From: an uncultured Gammaproteobacteria bacterium
Lineage (GTDB): Bacteria > Pseudomonadota > Gammaproteobacteria > Steroidobacterales > Steroidobacteraceae
Length of the DNA: 64,000 nt
Assembly: GCA_963744735.1 (NCBI GenBank)
Contig: CAVUVH010000006.1
Coordinates: 50,688-114,687 of the forward strand
Direction: 5' to 3'
In this document: positions 44,195-54,450 of the stretch, piece after piece
How the letters are laid out: every line of letters starts with the position of its first letter
How positions within the stretch are numbered: position 1 is the stretch's first letter
Notes under the pieces: model-generated
What the model saw: the letters and a program-made list of their open reading frames with translations, nothing else
What the model was told of the DNA's origin: nothing
Databases searched by the model: none
Program-made: the position numbers and the translations under genes

Positions 44195-47074
44195 ATGGCG
44201 ACTGTCCTGCAGGCAATCCTCGCGGCGAGCATGGCGTTGATGACGCATCCGGTCGTCCACGCCCAGTCAACAGCGGCGACATCGAGGCCGGCGGCCGTGC
44301 AGGAGCAGTTGGCGGAACTGCAGCGGCAGATTGCAGCGAGCACGGAAGCGCTGGCGCAGGGGTACGCTGCGGGCGACCTCACCACGGCGGAGCCCATGCT
44401 CCGGGCCGCGTTCGACTCGGCACGCCGCCTGCTCGGTGACGACGACCTGGTTACCGCCAGGGCCGGCCGTAATCTCGCCATCGGCCTGCAGGCGCAGGAT
44501 CGCTACCTCGAAGCCGAACCGCACCTCGTGCGCGCACTGGAGACCTTCCGCAAGCGGCGCGGCGACGATAATGCCGAGACGGCGCAGGTGCGTCGGCTGC
44601 TGGCGGCCAATCTCCGCTGGCAGGAGCGCTACGCGGAAGCGGCGCCATTGATACTGCGGGACCTCGAATTGTGCCGCTCAAAGTACGGGGATGAGCATGC
44701 CGAGACGGCGACAGCCCTGTCCACCCTTGGGGTGAACCTGGACGACCTCGGGCGGCATGCCGAAGCCACGTCCGCGCTGAACCAATCGCTCGAGATCCGG
44801 CTCCGACTATTGGGCGAGGAACATGTCGACACGGCGAGCAGCTACGAACAGCTTGCAAAGAACCTGGATTATCTCGATCGATCCAGCGAGGCCACGCTGC
44901 TGCTGGCCAAGGCGTTGAGCATTCGCCGCAAGGTGTTCGGAGAGGAACACCCGGAAACCGCTCGGAGCTACCGTCAGCTGGGACTGAATTTCTCCAACCG
45001 GGGGGCTCCGGCCGAGGCGGCGCAGTTCCACGACCGCGCGCTGTCGATCTACCGCAAGGTACTGGGCGAAGGGCACCCGCGCACGACCCAGTCCTACTAC
45101 GCCGTGGCGGTCAACCTGATCGAACTGGGGCGACCCGCCGAGGCGATTCCGCTGCTCGAGAAGGTGCTGTTACGGTGGCGTGCGGTGTACGGAGACCTGC
45201 ACCCTGCAGTGGTGGACACTCGCGGGCTGCTGGCTCTTGCGCAACTTCAGGTGCCAGGCCAGGAGGCTGCGGCGGTCGAAAACGCACGCGCGGCGGTGGC
45301 GACACGGCGTGTACGGCGCGCCCTTTCGGCCCCCCGCTCCGACGATGCGCAACAACTCCGGGACGCCCGTCAGGCGACAGGGGAGTATCGCGTCCTCGCC
45401 GACCTGCTCTGGCTGACAGGCAAGGGCGAAGCCGCTGCACGCGACGAAGCGTTTGCGGCGCTCCAGGACTCGATCGTCTCGTCGGCAGGTGCAGCCGTCG
45501 TCCAGATGGGAGCGCGCCTCAGCGGGGGCGACGACGTGCGGGGCCAGCTAGCGCGCCAGCGCCAGGACCTGGCGGCCCGGCTGAAGGCCAATGACGAAGA
45601 ACAGGTGCGCGCCGTGGCAATCGGTGGCATCGCCGGGACACAACGACTGACCGCGCTGCGCAAGGACGCGACGCTCATCCAGCAGCAACTAGACCGGGTC
45701 GACGCGGACCTCCGCAACCGATTTCCCACGTATTTCGACCTGGTGAACCCGAGCGCGCTGTCGATCGCCACCCTGCAGGGGCTGCTCGCGGACGGCGAGG
45801 CGCTGCTGCTCGTGGCTCCGGGTTTCCGCGGTACCGATGTGCTCGCCGTCACGAAGTCGCAATCCAGCTGGCAGCGCTCGAATTGGACGATCAAGGAAGT
45901 GGACGCGGCCGTGTCGCGACTTCGCTGCGACCTCGACAGCACACGCTGCAGCGGTCTCGCGGACCCGACTGGATCACGGGGCGCGCAACGCGAAGGCAGC
46001 GTGCCGCGACCGGGCGGCCTGGCGCGCTTTGCGCGCCGCACCGCGTTCGAACTCTACGAGCAGGTGGTTGCGCCCGCCATGCCGACGCTGCGTGGGGCAC
46101 GCACCGTGTACGTCGTCACGGCAGGGACCCTCACCTCTTTGCCGTTCTCGGTACTGGTGACCGAGGCGCCGGCCACCGGCGAGGACGATTCCGATCCGGA
46201 GGCGATGCGCCGTACGCCGTGGTTGCTTCGCCGCTTCGCGCTCGTCAGCCTGCCGTCGGTCGCGAGTCTCAAGGCGGTCCGGTTGTTCGAGCAGGCAGCA
46301 TCCTTCGGCGAGCCCGCCAAACTGGATTTCATCGGATTCGGCGACCCCGATCTCGGCGGGTCTTCCGGGGCGAGCAGCCGCGGACTCCGGGCGGGCGACC
46401 TGTTCCAGGCGGCTGGCAGCGATGGCGCCGGACGTGCCGATCCCGACGCCCTGCGGCGCGCCTTCGCGCCGCTGCCGGGAACGAAGGTCGAACTCGAAGC
46501 AATGCAGGCCGCATTCGCGCCACGCTCGCACATCATGCTCGGTGCGCAGGCGACCGAGTCGCAGGTCAAGCGGACGTCGTTCGCGGGTGTAAAGGTGGTC
46601 GCATTCTCGACCCATGGCCTGATCGCGGGCGAGATCGACGGCATCGCCGAACCGGGCCTGGTGTTCACGCCTCCGGCGACGGCGACAGCCGACGACGACG
46701 GCCTGCTCGGTTCCAGCGAAGTCGCGCAGCTGAGGCTGAACGCCGACTGGGTGATCCTGTCGGCCTGCAATACGGCGTCTTCGGACGGAACACCCGGGGC
46801 GGACGCTCTCTCCGGCCTGGCTCGAGCGTTCTTCTACGCTGGGGCCAGGACCCTGCTCGTGTCGCACTGGCCGGTTCGGGACGACGTCGCCGCGGTGCTG
46901 ACGGTCGATGCCATTCGCCGTCGGCGCGAGGACACCTCGCTCGGCCGTGCCGAGGCCGTGCGTCAGGCGACGCTCGCGGTGCTCGACAGCTCCGCCGACC
47001 CGGCGATGGGTAAGCGTGCTTTCGCACACCCGTCCGCGTGGGCTCCTTTCGTACTCGTTGGTGAGGGGCGGTAG
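44195..47074 (+). CDS. secreted TPR-repeat / CHAT-domain (caspase-like) protease
   Basis: In ORF 43868..47074. The start is ATG 44195 (MATVLQAILAASMALMTHPVVHAQS, signal-peptide-like) or ATG 44156. About seven 42-aa TPR units follow (...LGDDDLVTARAGRNLAIGL...YGDEHAETATALSTLGVNL...LGEEHVDTASSYEQLAKNL...FGEEHPETARSYRQLGLNF...LGEGHPRTTQSYYAVAVNL). The C-terminal CHAT domain has His (VVAFSTHG, codon 46613-46615) and Cys (ILSACNT, codon 46766-46768). No frame break. Confidence 0.8.
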   Translation: MATVLQAILAASMALMTHPVVHAQSTAATSRPAAVQEQLAELQRQIAASTEALAQGYAAGDLTTAEPMLRAAFDSARRLLGDDDLVTARAGRNLAIGLQAQDRYLEAEPHLVRALETFRKRRGDDNAETAQVRRLLAANLRWQERYAEAAPLILRDLELCRSKYGDEHAETATALSTLGVNLDDLGRHAEATSALNQSLEIRLRLLGEEHVDTASSYEQLAKNLDYLDRSSEATLLLAKALSIRRKVFGEEHPETARSYRQLGLNFSNRGAPAEAAQFHDRALSIYRKVLGEGHPRTTQSYYAVAVNLIELGRPAEAIPLLEKVLLRWRAVYGDLHPAVVDTRGLLALAQLQVPGQEAAAVENARAAVATRRVRRALSAPRSDDAQQLRDARQATGEYRVLADLLWLTGKGEAAARDEAFAALQDSIVSSAGAAVVQMGARLSGGDDVRGQLARQRQDLAARLKANDEEQVRAVAIGGIAGTQRLTALRKDATLIQQQLDRVDADLRNRFPTYFDLVNPSALSIATLQGLLADGEALLLVAPGFRGTDVLAVTKSQSSWQRSNWTIKEVDAAVSRLRCDLDSTRCSGLADPTGSRGAQREGSVPRPGGLARFARRTAFELYEQVVAPAMPTLRGARTVYVVTAGTLTSLPFSVLVTEAPATGEDDSDPEAMRRTPWLLRRFALVSLPSVASLKAVRLFEQAASFGEPAKLDFIGFGDPDLGGSSGASSRGLRAGDLFQAAGSDGAGRADPDALRRAFAPLPGTKVELEAMQAAFAPRSHIMLGAQATESQVKRTSFAGVKVVAFSTHGLIAGEIDGIAEPGLVFTPPATATADDDGLLGSSEVAQLRLNADWVILSACNTASSDGTPGADALSGLARAFFYAGARTLLVSHWPVRDDVAAVLTVDAIRRRREDTSLGRAEAVRQATLAVLDSSADPAMGKRAFAHPSAWAPFVLVGEGR

Positions 47075-47143
47075 CGATGACGGTCGACGGCGTCCATTTG
47101 GTCTACACTCGCGCGTCGTCGCAGCGCGCCACGCGGAGGTCGG

Positions 47144-47809
47144 ATGGACTCGGTTCTGGAATTCTTCCTGAAGGGATTGATCCTCGTCCCGGTGACGCTG
47201 TTGCCGATCATCAATCCCCTCAGCAGCGCGCCCGTGTTCGCGGCCACCGTCGGCTCGAACCGCGTCATCGCCAGCCGGCTCGCGCGCCAGGTCGCGGTCA
47301 ACGCCTGGTTCGTGCTGGTGGTGTCGATGCTCATCGGCACCTACGTGCTGGCGCTGTTCGGCATCTCGCTGCCCGTCGTGCGCATTGGCGGCGGACTGCT
47401 GGTGGCCGCCACGGCGTGGCGCATGCTGCACGACACCCGGGATGACGATGTGCACGCGGTCGCAGCGCAGGACGCCGCGACGCTGTCGGACGCCGAGATC
47501 GTGCAGCGCAGCTTCTTCCCGATCACGTTTCCGCTCACCACCGGGCCCGGCACGATCGCCGCGTCCATCGCCCTCGGCGCCCAGATTCCGGCCGACCCCG
47601 CGCTGTATGCCGTCGGCGTACTCGTGGCCGGGGGTGGGGCCGCACTGGTCTCGGTCGTGCTCTACCTGATCTTCAAGAACTCGGTTGCGGTGCTCGCCCG
47701 GCTCGGCAAGATCGGCACGCTGGTGCTGATCCGGTTGATGGCTTTCATCCTGCTCTGCATCGGCATCGAGATCATCTGGACCGGCTGGGCCGAGCTCAAC
47801 GGCCTGTAG
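47144..47809 (+). CDS. MarC family (UPF0056) inner membrane protein
   Basis: Intact 221-aa ORF MDSVLEFFLKGLILVPVTLLPIINPLSSAPVFAA...FFPITFPLTTGPGTIAA... GGAGG Shine-Dalgarno upstream. Confidence 0.85.
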   Translation: MDSVLEFFLKGLILVPVTLLPIINPLSSAPVFAATVGSNRVIASRLARQVAVNAWFVLVVSMLIGTYVLALFGISLPVVRIGGGLLVAATAWRMLHDTRDDDVHAVAAQDAATLSDAEIVQRSFFPITFPLTTGPGTIAASIALGAQIPADPALYAVGVLVAGGGAALVSVVLYLIFKNSVAVLARLGKIGTLVLIRLMAFILLCIGIEIIWTGWAELNGL

Positions 47810-47898
47810 CAGGCTCTGCGGGCCGGGATGTCCCTGCGCCGCGTGTCCAGCGGGGTATCCGCCTTGACGCCCGGCCCCGCGCGGGATAAACGGATCGA

Positions 47899-48568
47899 AT
47901 GCTCAGCCTCCGATCATTGCTCAGTCGCGATGACCTCACGCTCATCAACGCGCGGCTCGATGCTGCCGCCTGGGTCGATGGCCGCGAGACGGCTTTCGGC
48001 GCGACGCGCAAGATAAAACGAAACCTGCAGCTCGCCGCCGGGGACCCGCTGGCGGCTGAACTCGGTGGACGAGTGCGCACGGCACTGCTGGAAAGCGAAC
48101 AGTTCCGTGCGGCTGCGTTTCCCGGAGCACATCGCACCGGTACGCTTCGCCGCCTACCAGCCGGGCATGACCTATGGCTGGCACGCGGACCTGGCGCACA
48201 TGCGCTACGGCGAGCAGGTGCTGCGCTCGGACGTGGCCTGCACGGTCTTCCTCTCGGCCCCGGAGAGCTACCAGGGCGGCGAGCTCGCCGTGCGGACGCC
48301 CCTCGGCGAGTTGCGCCTCAAGATGCCCGCCGGCGACGCGGTGGTCTACCCGGCGACGACCATGCACCGCGTCGAACCCGTGACGTCGGGCACGCGCCGG
48401 GTGGCGATCACCTGGATCCAGAGCCTGATCACGACGGCGGAGCACCGCGAGTTGCTGTTCGACATGCGCCAGGCCATCGCTCGCCTGCGCGAGCGGGATC
48501 CGGAGAACGAGGACCTGATCCGGCTGAACGTCGTCTACCAGAACTTCGCGCGGCTGCTGTCGGGCTGA
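47899..48568 (+). CDS. PKHD-type Fe(II)/2-oxoglutarate hydroxylase (PiuC/YbiX-like) (one frame break)
   Basis: ORF 47899..50220 gives the N-part (MLSLRSLLSRDDLTLINARLDAAAWVDGRETAFGATRKIKRNLQL...). The rest is in ORF 48065..48568 (...FAAYQPGMTYGWHADLAH...SDVACTVFLS...GGELAV...AVVYPATTMHRVEPVTSGTRRVAITWIQS). The break resolves to an extra C in CCC at 48121-48123. Confidence 0.75.
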
Positions 48569-48612
48569 GCGGAGTCTCGACCGGGTCAGACGCCGACAGG
48601 GCGGCGATACCC

Positions 48613-50223
48613 TCACTCCCACTCGATCGTGGCTGGCGGCTTGCCGGTGATGTCGTAGACCACGCGCGAGACACCCTTGACCTCGTTGACGATGCGGCGC
48701 GAGCAGACGTCGAGCAGCTCATACGGCAGGTGCGCCCAGTGCGCCGTCATGAAGTCCACGGTCTCGACGGCCCGCAGCGCGATCACGGGCTCGTGGCGCC
48801 GGCCGTCGCCGGTGACACCGACGCTCTTCACCGGCAGGAACACCGCGAAGGCCTGGCTCGTCTTCTCGTACCAGCCGGCCTTGCGCAGTTCCTCGATGAA
48901 GATGTGGTCGGCGAGCCGCAGCGTGTCGGCCGCGGCACGGGTCACCTCGCCGAGGATGCGCACGCCCAGCCCGGGCCCCGGGAACGGATGGCGCTGGACC
49001 ATCTCGGCCGGCAGGCCGAGTTCGACGCCGATGCGCCGCACCTCGTCCTTGAACAGCTCGCGCAGCGGCTCGACCAGCCGGAGCTTCATGTGCTCCGGCA
49101 GGCCGCCCACGTTGTGGTGCGACTTGATGACGTGCGCCTTGCCGGTCTTGCTGCCGGCCGACTCGATCACGTCCGGGTAGATCGTGCCCTGCGCGAGGAA
49201 CTCCACGCCCTCGAGCTTGTGCGCCTCCTCGTCGAAGACCTCGATGAACAGCCGGCCGATGATCTTGCGCTTGGCCTCGGGGTCCGCGACGCCCGCCAGT
49301 GCCGTGAAGAAGCGCTCGGCGGCGTCCACGCGGACGACCCGCACGCCGAGATTGCGCGCGAACACGGCCATCACCTGGTCGCCTTCGTGGTGGCGCAGCA
49401 GGCCGTGGTCCACGAACACGCAGGTCAGCTGGTCGCCGATCGCCTTGTGCAGCAGCGCCGCGACCACGGAGGAGTCCACGCCGCCGGACAGGCCGAGCAG
49501 CACCTTGCCGCCGCCGACCTGCGCGCGCACCCGCGCGACCGCATCCTCGATGATGTTGCCGGCGTTCCAGCCGGCGTCGCAGCCGCAGATGCCGTGCAGG
49601 AAGCGCTCGTAGATGCGCGCGCCCTGGCGGGTGTGCGTGACCTCGGGGTGGAACTGCAGCGCGTAGAGCCCGCGCGACTCGTCGGCCATGCCCGCGATCG
49701 GCAGGTCGGGCGTCGAGGCGACGACCTTGAAGCCGGGCGGCAGCTCGACGACGCGGTCGCCATGGCTCATCCAGACGTCGAGCAGGCCGTGGCCCTCGGC
49801 GTTGACGCGGTCCTCGATGTCGCGCAGCAGCGCCGAGTGCCCGCGCGCGCGCACCTCGGCGTAGCCGAATTCGTGCACGGCGCCGGGCTCGACGCGGCCG
49901 CCGAGCTGCGCGGCCATCGTCTGCATGCCGTAGCAGATGCCGAGCACCGGGACACCCGCCTCGAACACGGCTGCGGGCGCGGCCGGCGCGCCCGGCTGCG
50001 TGACCGACTCGGGGCCGCCCGACAGGATGATGCCGCGCGCGCCGAAGGCACGCACCGCCTCGTCGCCCATGTCCCACGGGTGGATCTCGCAGTAGACGCC
50101 GAGCTCGCGCACGCGACGCGCGATCAGCTGCGTGTACTGCGAGCCGAAATCGAGGATCAGTATCCGGTGCGCATGGATGTCGGCGGGACGCACCGCCGGC
50201 GGGGACGACTGCTCAGCTGACAC
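48613..50223 (-). CDS. guaA: GMP synthase (glutamine-hydrolysing)
   Basis: Intact 536-aa ORF with ...[27 protein letters not shown]...GICYGMQ...[11 protein letters not shown]...ATIEWE. Confidence 0.97.
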   Translation of the reverse strand: MSAEQSSPPAVRPADIHAHRILILDFGSQYTQLIARRVRELGVYCEIHPWDMGDEAVRAFGARGIILSGGPESVTQPGAPAAPAAVFEAGVPVLGICYGMQTMAAQLGGRVEPGAVHEFGYAEVRARGHSALLRDIEDRVNAEGHGLLDVWMSHGDRVVELPPGFKVVASTPDLPIAGMADESRGLYALQFHPEVTHTRQGARIYERFLHGICGCDAGWNAGNIIEDAVARVRAQVGGGKVLLGLSGGVDSSVVAALLHKAIGDQLTCVFVDHGLLRHHEGDQVMAVFARNLGVRVVRVDAAERFFTALAGVADPEAKRKIIGRLFIEVFDEEAHKLEGVEFLAQGTIYPDVIESAGSKTGKAHVIKSHHNVGGLPEHMKLRLVEPLRELFKDEVRRIGVELGLPAEMVQRHPFPGPGLGVRILGEVTRAAADTLRLADHIFIEELRKAGWYEKTSQAFAVFLPVKSVGVTGDGRRHEPVIALRAVETVDFMTAHWAHLPYELLDVCSRRIVNEVKGVSRVVYDITGKPPATIEWE

Positions 50224-51682
50224 GGTAATTCGGCGCTTCCTTGGTGATGGTCACGTCGTGTACGTGGCTCTCGCGCACGCCCGCATTGGTGATGCGCACG
50301 AACCTGGGCTGCGTGCGCATCTCGTCGATGTTGGCGCTGCCGGTGTAACCCATGGCGGCACGCAGGCCGCCCGCCAGCTGGTGCAGGATCGCGACGATGC
50401 TGCCCTTGTACGGCACGCGGCCCTCGACGCCTTCCGGCACGAGCTTCTCGATCTCGGCGGAGGCGTCCTGGAAGTAGCGGTCGCGCGAGCCGTTCGACTG
50501 CGCCATCGCGCCGAGCGAACCCATGCCGCGATAGCTCTTGTACGAAGCGCCCTGGTACAGCTCGACCTCGCCCGGGGATTCCTCGGTGCCGGCAAACAGG
50601 CCGCCCATCATCACGCAGTGCGCGCCGGCCACGATCGCCTTGGCGACGTCGCCCGAGAAGCGGATGCCGCCGTCGGCGATCAGCGGAATGCCGTGCGGCG
50701 CCAGCGCCGCGGCGACGTTGGCCACCGCCGTGATCTGCGGCACGCCGACACCCGCGACGATGCGCGTGGTGCAGATCGAGCCCGGGCCGATGCCGACCTT
50801 GACCGCGTCCGCGCCGGCGTCGATCAACGCCATCGCGGCTTCGGCCGTGACGATGTTGCCGGCGATGACCTGCTGGTTCGGCCACTTCGCCTTGATGCGC
50901 TTGACCGTCTCGATCACGCCGCGCGAATGCCCGTGCGCCGTATCGACGACGATGACGTCGACGCCGTTCTCGCGCAGCGCCGCGGCGCGGTCGAGCGTGT
51001 CGGCACCCGTGCCGACGGCCGCGCCAACGCGCAGCGCGCCGCGCTCGTCCTTGCAGGCGCGCGGGAATTCCGTCGCCTTCTGGAAATCCTTGACCGTGAT
51101 CATGCCCTTCAGCTGGAAGTCGTCGCCGATGACGAGCACCTTCTCGATGCGGTGCTTGTGCAGCAGCATCAGCACTTCTTCCTTGGGCGCGCCTTCAAGC
51201 ACCGTGATCAGGCGTTCGCGCGGCGTCATCACCGCCGAGACCGGCGCGTCGTAGCGCGTCTCGAAGCGCAGGTCGCGGTGCGTGACGATGCCGACCGCCT
51301 TGCCGTCGCGCACCACCGGCACGCCCGAAATGTTCTTGGAGCGCGTGAGCTCGAGCACCTCGCGGATGGTCTGCTCGGGCCGGACGGTGATCGGATCGTG
51401 GATGATGCCGCTCTCGAAGCGCTTCACCCGCGCGACTTCGCGCGCCTGCGACGCGATGGTCATGTTCTTGTGGAGGATGCCGATGCCGCCCTCCTGCGCG
51501 ATGGAAATCGCGAGGCGGTGCTCGGTCACCGTGTCCATGGCGGCCGAGACGATGGGCAGGCTCAGCTCGATGCCGCGCGTCAGTCGCGTGGACAGGCTGA
51601 CCTCTGCGGGCAGGACCTGGGAATAGGCCGGCACGAGCAGGACGTCGTCGAAGGTGAGGGCTTCCTCGAGAATTCGCAGCAT
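50213..51682 (-). CDS. guaB: IMP dehydrogenase
   Basis: In ORF 50213..52087(-), using the ATG at 51682: [25 protein letters not shown]...[11 protein letters not shown]...[10 protein letters not shown]... Intact. Overlaps the guaA start by 11 nt. Confidence 0.97.
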   Translation of the reverse strand: MLRILEEALTFDDVLLVPAYSQVLPAEVSLSTRLTRGIELSLPIVSAAMDTVTEHRLAISIAQEGGIGILHKNMTIASQAREVARVKRFESGIIHDPITVRPEQTIREVLELTRSKNISGVPVVRDGKAVGIVTHRDLRFETRYDAPVSAVMTPRERLITVLEGAPKEEVLMLLHKHRIEKVLVIGDDFQLKGMITVKDFQKATEFPRACKDERGALRVGAAVGTGADTLDRAAALRENGVDVIVVDTAHGHSRGVIETVKRIKAKWPNQQVIAGNIVTAEAAMALIDAGADAVKVGIGPGSICTTRIVAGVGVPQITAVANVAAALAPHGIPLIADGGIRFSGDVAKAIVAGAHCVMMGGLFAGTEESPGEVELYQGASYKSYRGMGSLGAMAQSNGSRDRYFQDASAEIEKLVPEGVEGRVPYKGSIVAILHQLAGGLRAAMGYTGSANIDEMRTQPRFVRITNAGVRESHVHDVTITKEAPNYRVS

Positions 51683-51856
51683 TTGGCGACCCGGAGCGAA
51701 AGGAAGCGCGGCATTGTACCCGCTCGGGGCGTCGGGCGTAACCAAGAGGCCCGCGCGGCGCGGCGGCGGGAAGCCGCGTGGCGTTCCGGCGCCCGCTGGG
51801 CACTGCCGCCGCCACGGCAGCGCGGGCCCGGACGGTCCGGATCGTGGGCCGGGGAG

Positions 51857-51928
51857 CCGTGCGCCGCAGGGACGCGGCGCCCGGAGCCCCCAGGGATGCG
51901 GTTTACGGCGTCCCCGGCCGCGATCCGG
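51857..51928. repeat. diverged third copy of the REP-like element seen at 5153-5214 and 5411-5472
   Basis: CCGTGCGCCGCAGGGACGCGGCGCCCGGAGCCCCCAGGGATGCGGTTTACGGCGTCCCCGGCCGCGATCCGG aligns by eye with 5415-5486 (shared core GGAGCCCCCAGGGATG and terminal GCGATCCGG). It lies in the guaB/xseA divergent intergenic region. Confidence 0.6.
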
Positions 51929-52032
51929 ACCGGCCGGACCCGCGCTGCTGTGGTCCATCAAGAGCCCAGCCGGACGCAACGTCCGACCGCGCTGGAACCC
52001 ACGCCCGCGCGCCCGCCCGGTACTATTCCGCC

Positions 52033-53469
52033 ATGGCAGATTCCTGGCCCGACGACGACGCATCCCCCGCGACCGGCATTCCGCCACGCGAAATCCTGTC
52101 GATCACGCAACTGAACGCCACGGCGCGGTCGCTGCTCGAACGCGGGCTGGGCTCGGTCTGGCTGGAGGGCGAAATCTCGAACCTCGCCCGCCCCGCCTCG
52201 GGCCACTGGTATTTCTCGCTCAAGGACGAGGCGGCCCAGGTGCGCTGCGCCATGTTCCGCAATCGCAGCCTGCTGGTGCGGTTCCCGGTCAAGGACGGTG
52301 CCCGGGTGCTGGCCCGCGGCCGCGTCAGCCTGTACGAGGCCCGTGGCGAGTTCCAGGTCGTCATCGAGCACCTCGAGGAGGCCGGCGAAGGCGCACTGCG
52401 CCGTCGCTTCGAGGAGCTGAAGCGCAGGCTGCTGGCCGAAGGCCTGTTCGACGCCGGCAGGAAGCAGCCGTTGCCCACCCTGCCGCGGCGCATCGGCATC
52501 ATCACCTCGCCGACGGGGGCCGCGCTGCGCGACATCCTGCACATCCTGCAGCGACGCTTTCCGGCCGTGCCGGCGCTGATCTACCCGGTTTCGGTGCAGG
52601 GCGAAGCGGCGCCGCGCGAAATCGTGCAGGCACTGCAGCTCGCCGACGCGCGCCGTGACTGCGACGTGCTGATCGTCGCCCGTGGCGGCGGCTCGCTCGA
52701 AGACCTGATGGCGTTCAACGACGAGGCCGTCGCGCGCGCGATCGCCGCCTGCACCATCCCGGTGATCAGCGGTGTCGGCCACGAGACTGACTCCACGATC
52801 GCGGATTTCGTCGCCGACGAACGCGCGCCCACGCCTTCGGGCGCGGCCGAGCGGGCGGTGCCTGACAGCGCCGAGATCCTGCGCGATGCTCGGCGCACTC
52901 GAGCGCAGCCTGGCGCAGTCGATGCGGCGCAAGCTGCAGACGCTGCGCCAGGCGCTGCAGCAGGGACCAGCGCTCGCTGCAGCAGCTGTCGCCGCGCGCG
53001 CGCCTGCAGCAGCACGCGCAAAGGCTGGACGAACTCGAGCAGCGCCTGCAGCGCGGCATTCGCCATCGCCTGGAGCGGACTCGGCTGCGCCTGGCCGGTG
53101 CCGCGGCCCTGCTCGCGCGCAGCAGTCCGGCGCGGCGGCTGGCGCCGCTGCAGCAGCGGCTGCAGGTCGCGGGCAGGCGCCTGCCGGGCGCGATGCAGCG
53201 TCGCCTGCTCGAGGCCCGCGAGCGCTTCGAGCGCTCGGCGCGCACGCTGCACGCGGTCAGTCCGCTGGCCACGCTCGAGCGCGGCTATGCCATCGTCACC
53301 GACGAGAACTCGCGCGTGATCACCGACGCCGCCGGACTGGCGCCGGGCGCGCGCATCACGGCGCGGGTCGCGCGCGGGGTCGTGCTGGCAACAGTCACCG
53401 CAGTCACGCCGGGCGCGGTCGGCACGGGCGCGACGCGCAGCAGCGCCGCGCAGACGGACCCGGCGCTGA
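52033..53469 (+). CDS. xseA: exodeoxyribonuclease VII large subunit (at least two frame breaks; 3' end inferred)
   Basis: In ORF 51778..53319, from the ATG at 52033: MADSWPDDD...[46 protein letters not shown]...[16 protein letters not shown]...[17 protein letters not shown]...GVGHETD. The sequence continues in the ORF 52772 frame ([20 protein letters not shown]) and then the ORF 53193 frame (coiled coil ...[11 protein letters not shown]...[10 protein letters not shown]). Breaks at about 52888 and 52965. No stop separates it from the next gene in that frame; TGA 53467-53469 in another frame is taken as the end. Confidence 0.75.
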
Positions 53470-53471
53470 CC

Positions 53472-54323
53472 GTGCGGCCGACCTTGCTTTCCTGCCTGCT
53501 CGCCGCGCTGCTGCCCGGCACCATGGTTACGGCGCGGGCGCAGGACGTCGCGGTCACTGCCAGCCGACACGCGCGTGCCTGGCGGAATCGCCATCCTCGA
53601 CCTGGGCACCGGCGAGGACGCTCCTGGCGCGGTGTTCTACGACAAGTACCGGGTGCCGGTCGTGCGCACGCGCGATGGCCGCTGGCAGGCGATCGTCGGT
53701 ATCCCGCTGGCCGTCGAACCGGGGGTGCAGCAGGTGAAGCTGGTGGCGCCCGGCGTGGACGGCGGCAGCCGCAAACTGCCGTTCACCGTCGCGGCGAAGA
53801 CCTACGCCACGCAGAGCCTGAAGGTCGAGCCGCGCAAGGCCGAGCCGCTGCCCGAGGACCTGAAGCGCATCGATGCCGAGTCGCTGCGCACCGAGACGGC
53901 GCTCGCGACCTTCTCGGAAGACCTGACGCCGACGCTGGAGCCTGGCAGGTGCCCGTGCCGGGCGAGCGCTCGAGTTCCTTCGGCTTGCGCCGCGTGTTCA
54001 ACGGCCTGCCGCGCAAGCCGCACAGCGGCATGGACATCGCGGCGCCGACCGGCACGCCGATCCGCAACCCGGCCGCCGGTCGCGTGGTCGAGGCCGGGGA
54101 TTTCTTCTTCAACGGCAACACCGTGTTCGTCGACCACGGCCAGGGCGTGCTGACGATGTACTGCCACCTGAGCCGCATCGACGTGAAAGCCGGCGACAGT
54201 GTCGAGGCCGGCGACGTCCTGGGCCTGGTCGGGGCGACCGGCCGCGTCACCGGACCGCACCTGCACTGGGGAGTGAGCGTGAATCGCTCGCTGGTGGATC
54301 CGCAGCTGTTCTTGAGGAAGTGA
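53472..54323 (+). CDS. M23 family metallopeptidase (two frame breaks)
   Basis: The GTG at 53472 opens a signal-like N-terminus ([22 protein letters not shown]). The middle is in ORF 53575..54153 (...[28 protein letters not shown]...). The catalytic part is in ORF 53193..54323 (...[23 protein letters not shown]...[20 protein letters not shown]...[15 protein letters not shown]). Breaks at about 53570 and 53941. Confidence 0.75.
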   Translation: MRPTLLSCLLAALLPGTMVTARAQDVAVTASRHARAWRNRHPRPGHRRGRSWRGVLRQVPGAGRAHARWPLAGDRRYPAGRRTGGAAGEAGGARRGRRQPQTAVHRRGEDLRHAEPEGRAAQGRAAARGPEAHRCRVAAHRDGARDLLGRPDADAGAWQVPVPGERSSSFGLRRVFNGLPRKPHSGMDIAAPTGTPIRNPAAGRVVEAGDFFFNGNTVFVDHGQGVLTMYCHLSRIDVKAGDSVEAGDVLGLVGATGRVTGPHLHWGVSVNRSLVDPQLFLRK

Positions 54324-54450
54324 CTAGGGGCTGGGGACTAGGGGCTAGCAAGAGGCTTTATGCATCCCATGAGCCCGGCTCATTGCATCGCGGTTTCAGC
54401 GGCGAAGCTGCGAGCTTCCGACTAGCCCCTAGCCCCTGATCCCTAGCCCC
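54324..54450. repeat. 127-bp MITE-like element: inverted arrays of CTAGGGG-type heptamers flanking a 73-bp structured core
   Basis: The left array is 54324-54348 (CTAGGGGCTGGGGACTAGGGGCTAG) and the right array is 54422-54450 (CTAGCCCCTAGCCCCTGATCCCTAGCCCC). The core contains hairpins CATGAGC-CCG-GCTCAT(T) and GAAGCT-GCG-AGCTTC. The element fills the whole gap between two convergent genes and supplies the last codons and stop of the minus-strand gene. Confidence 0.7.
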
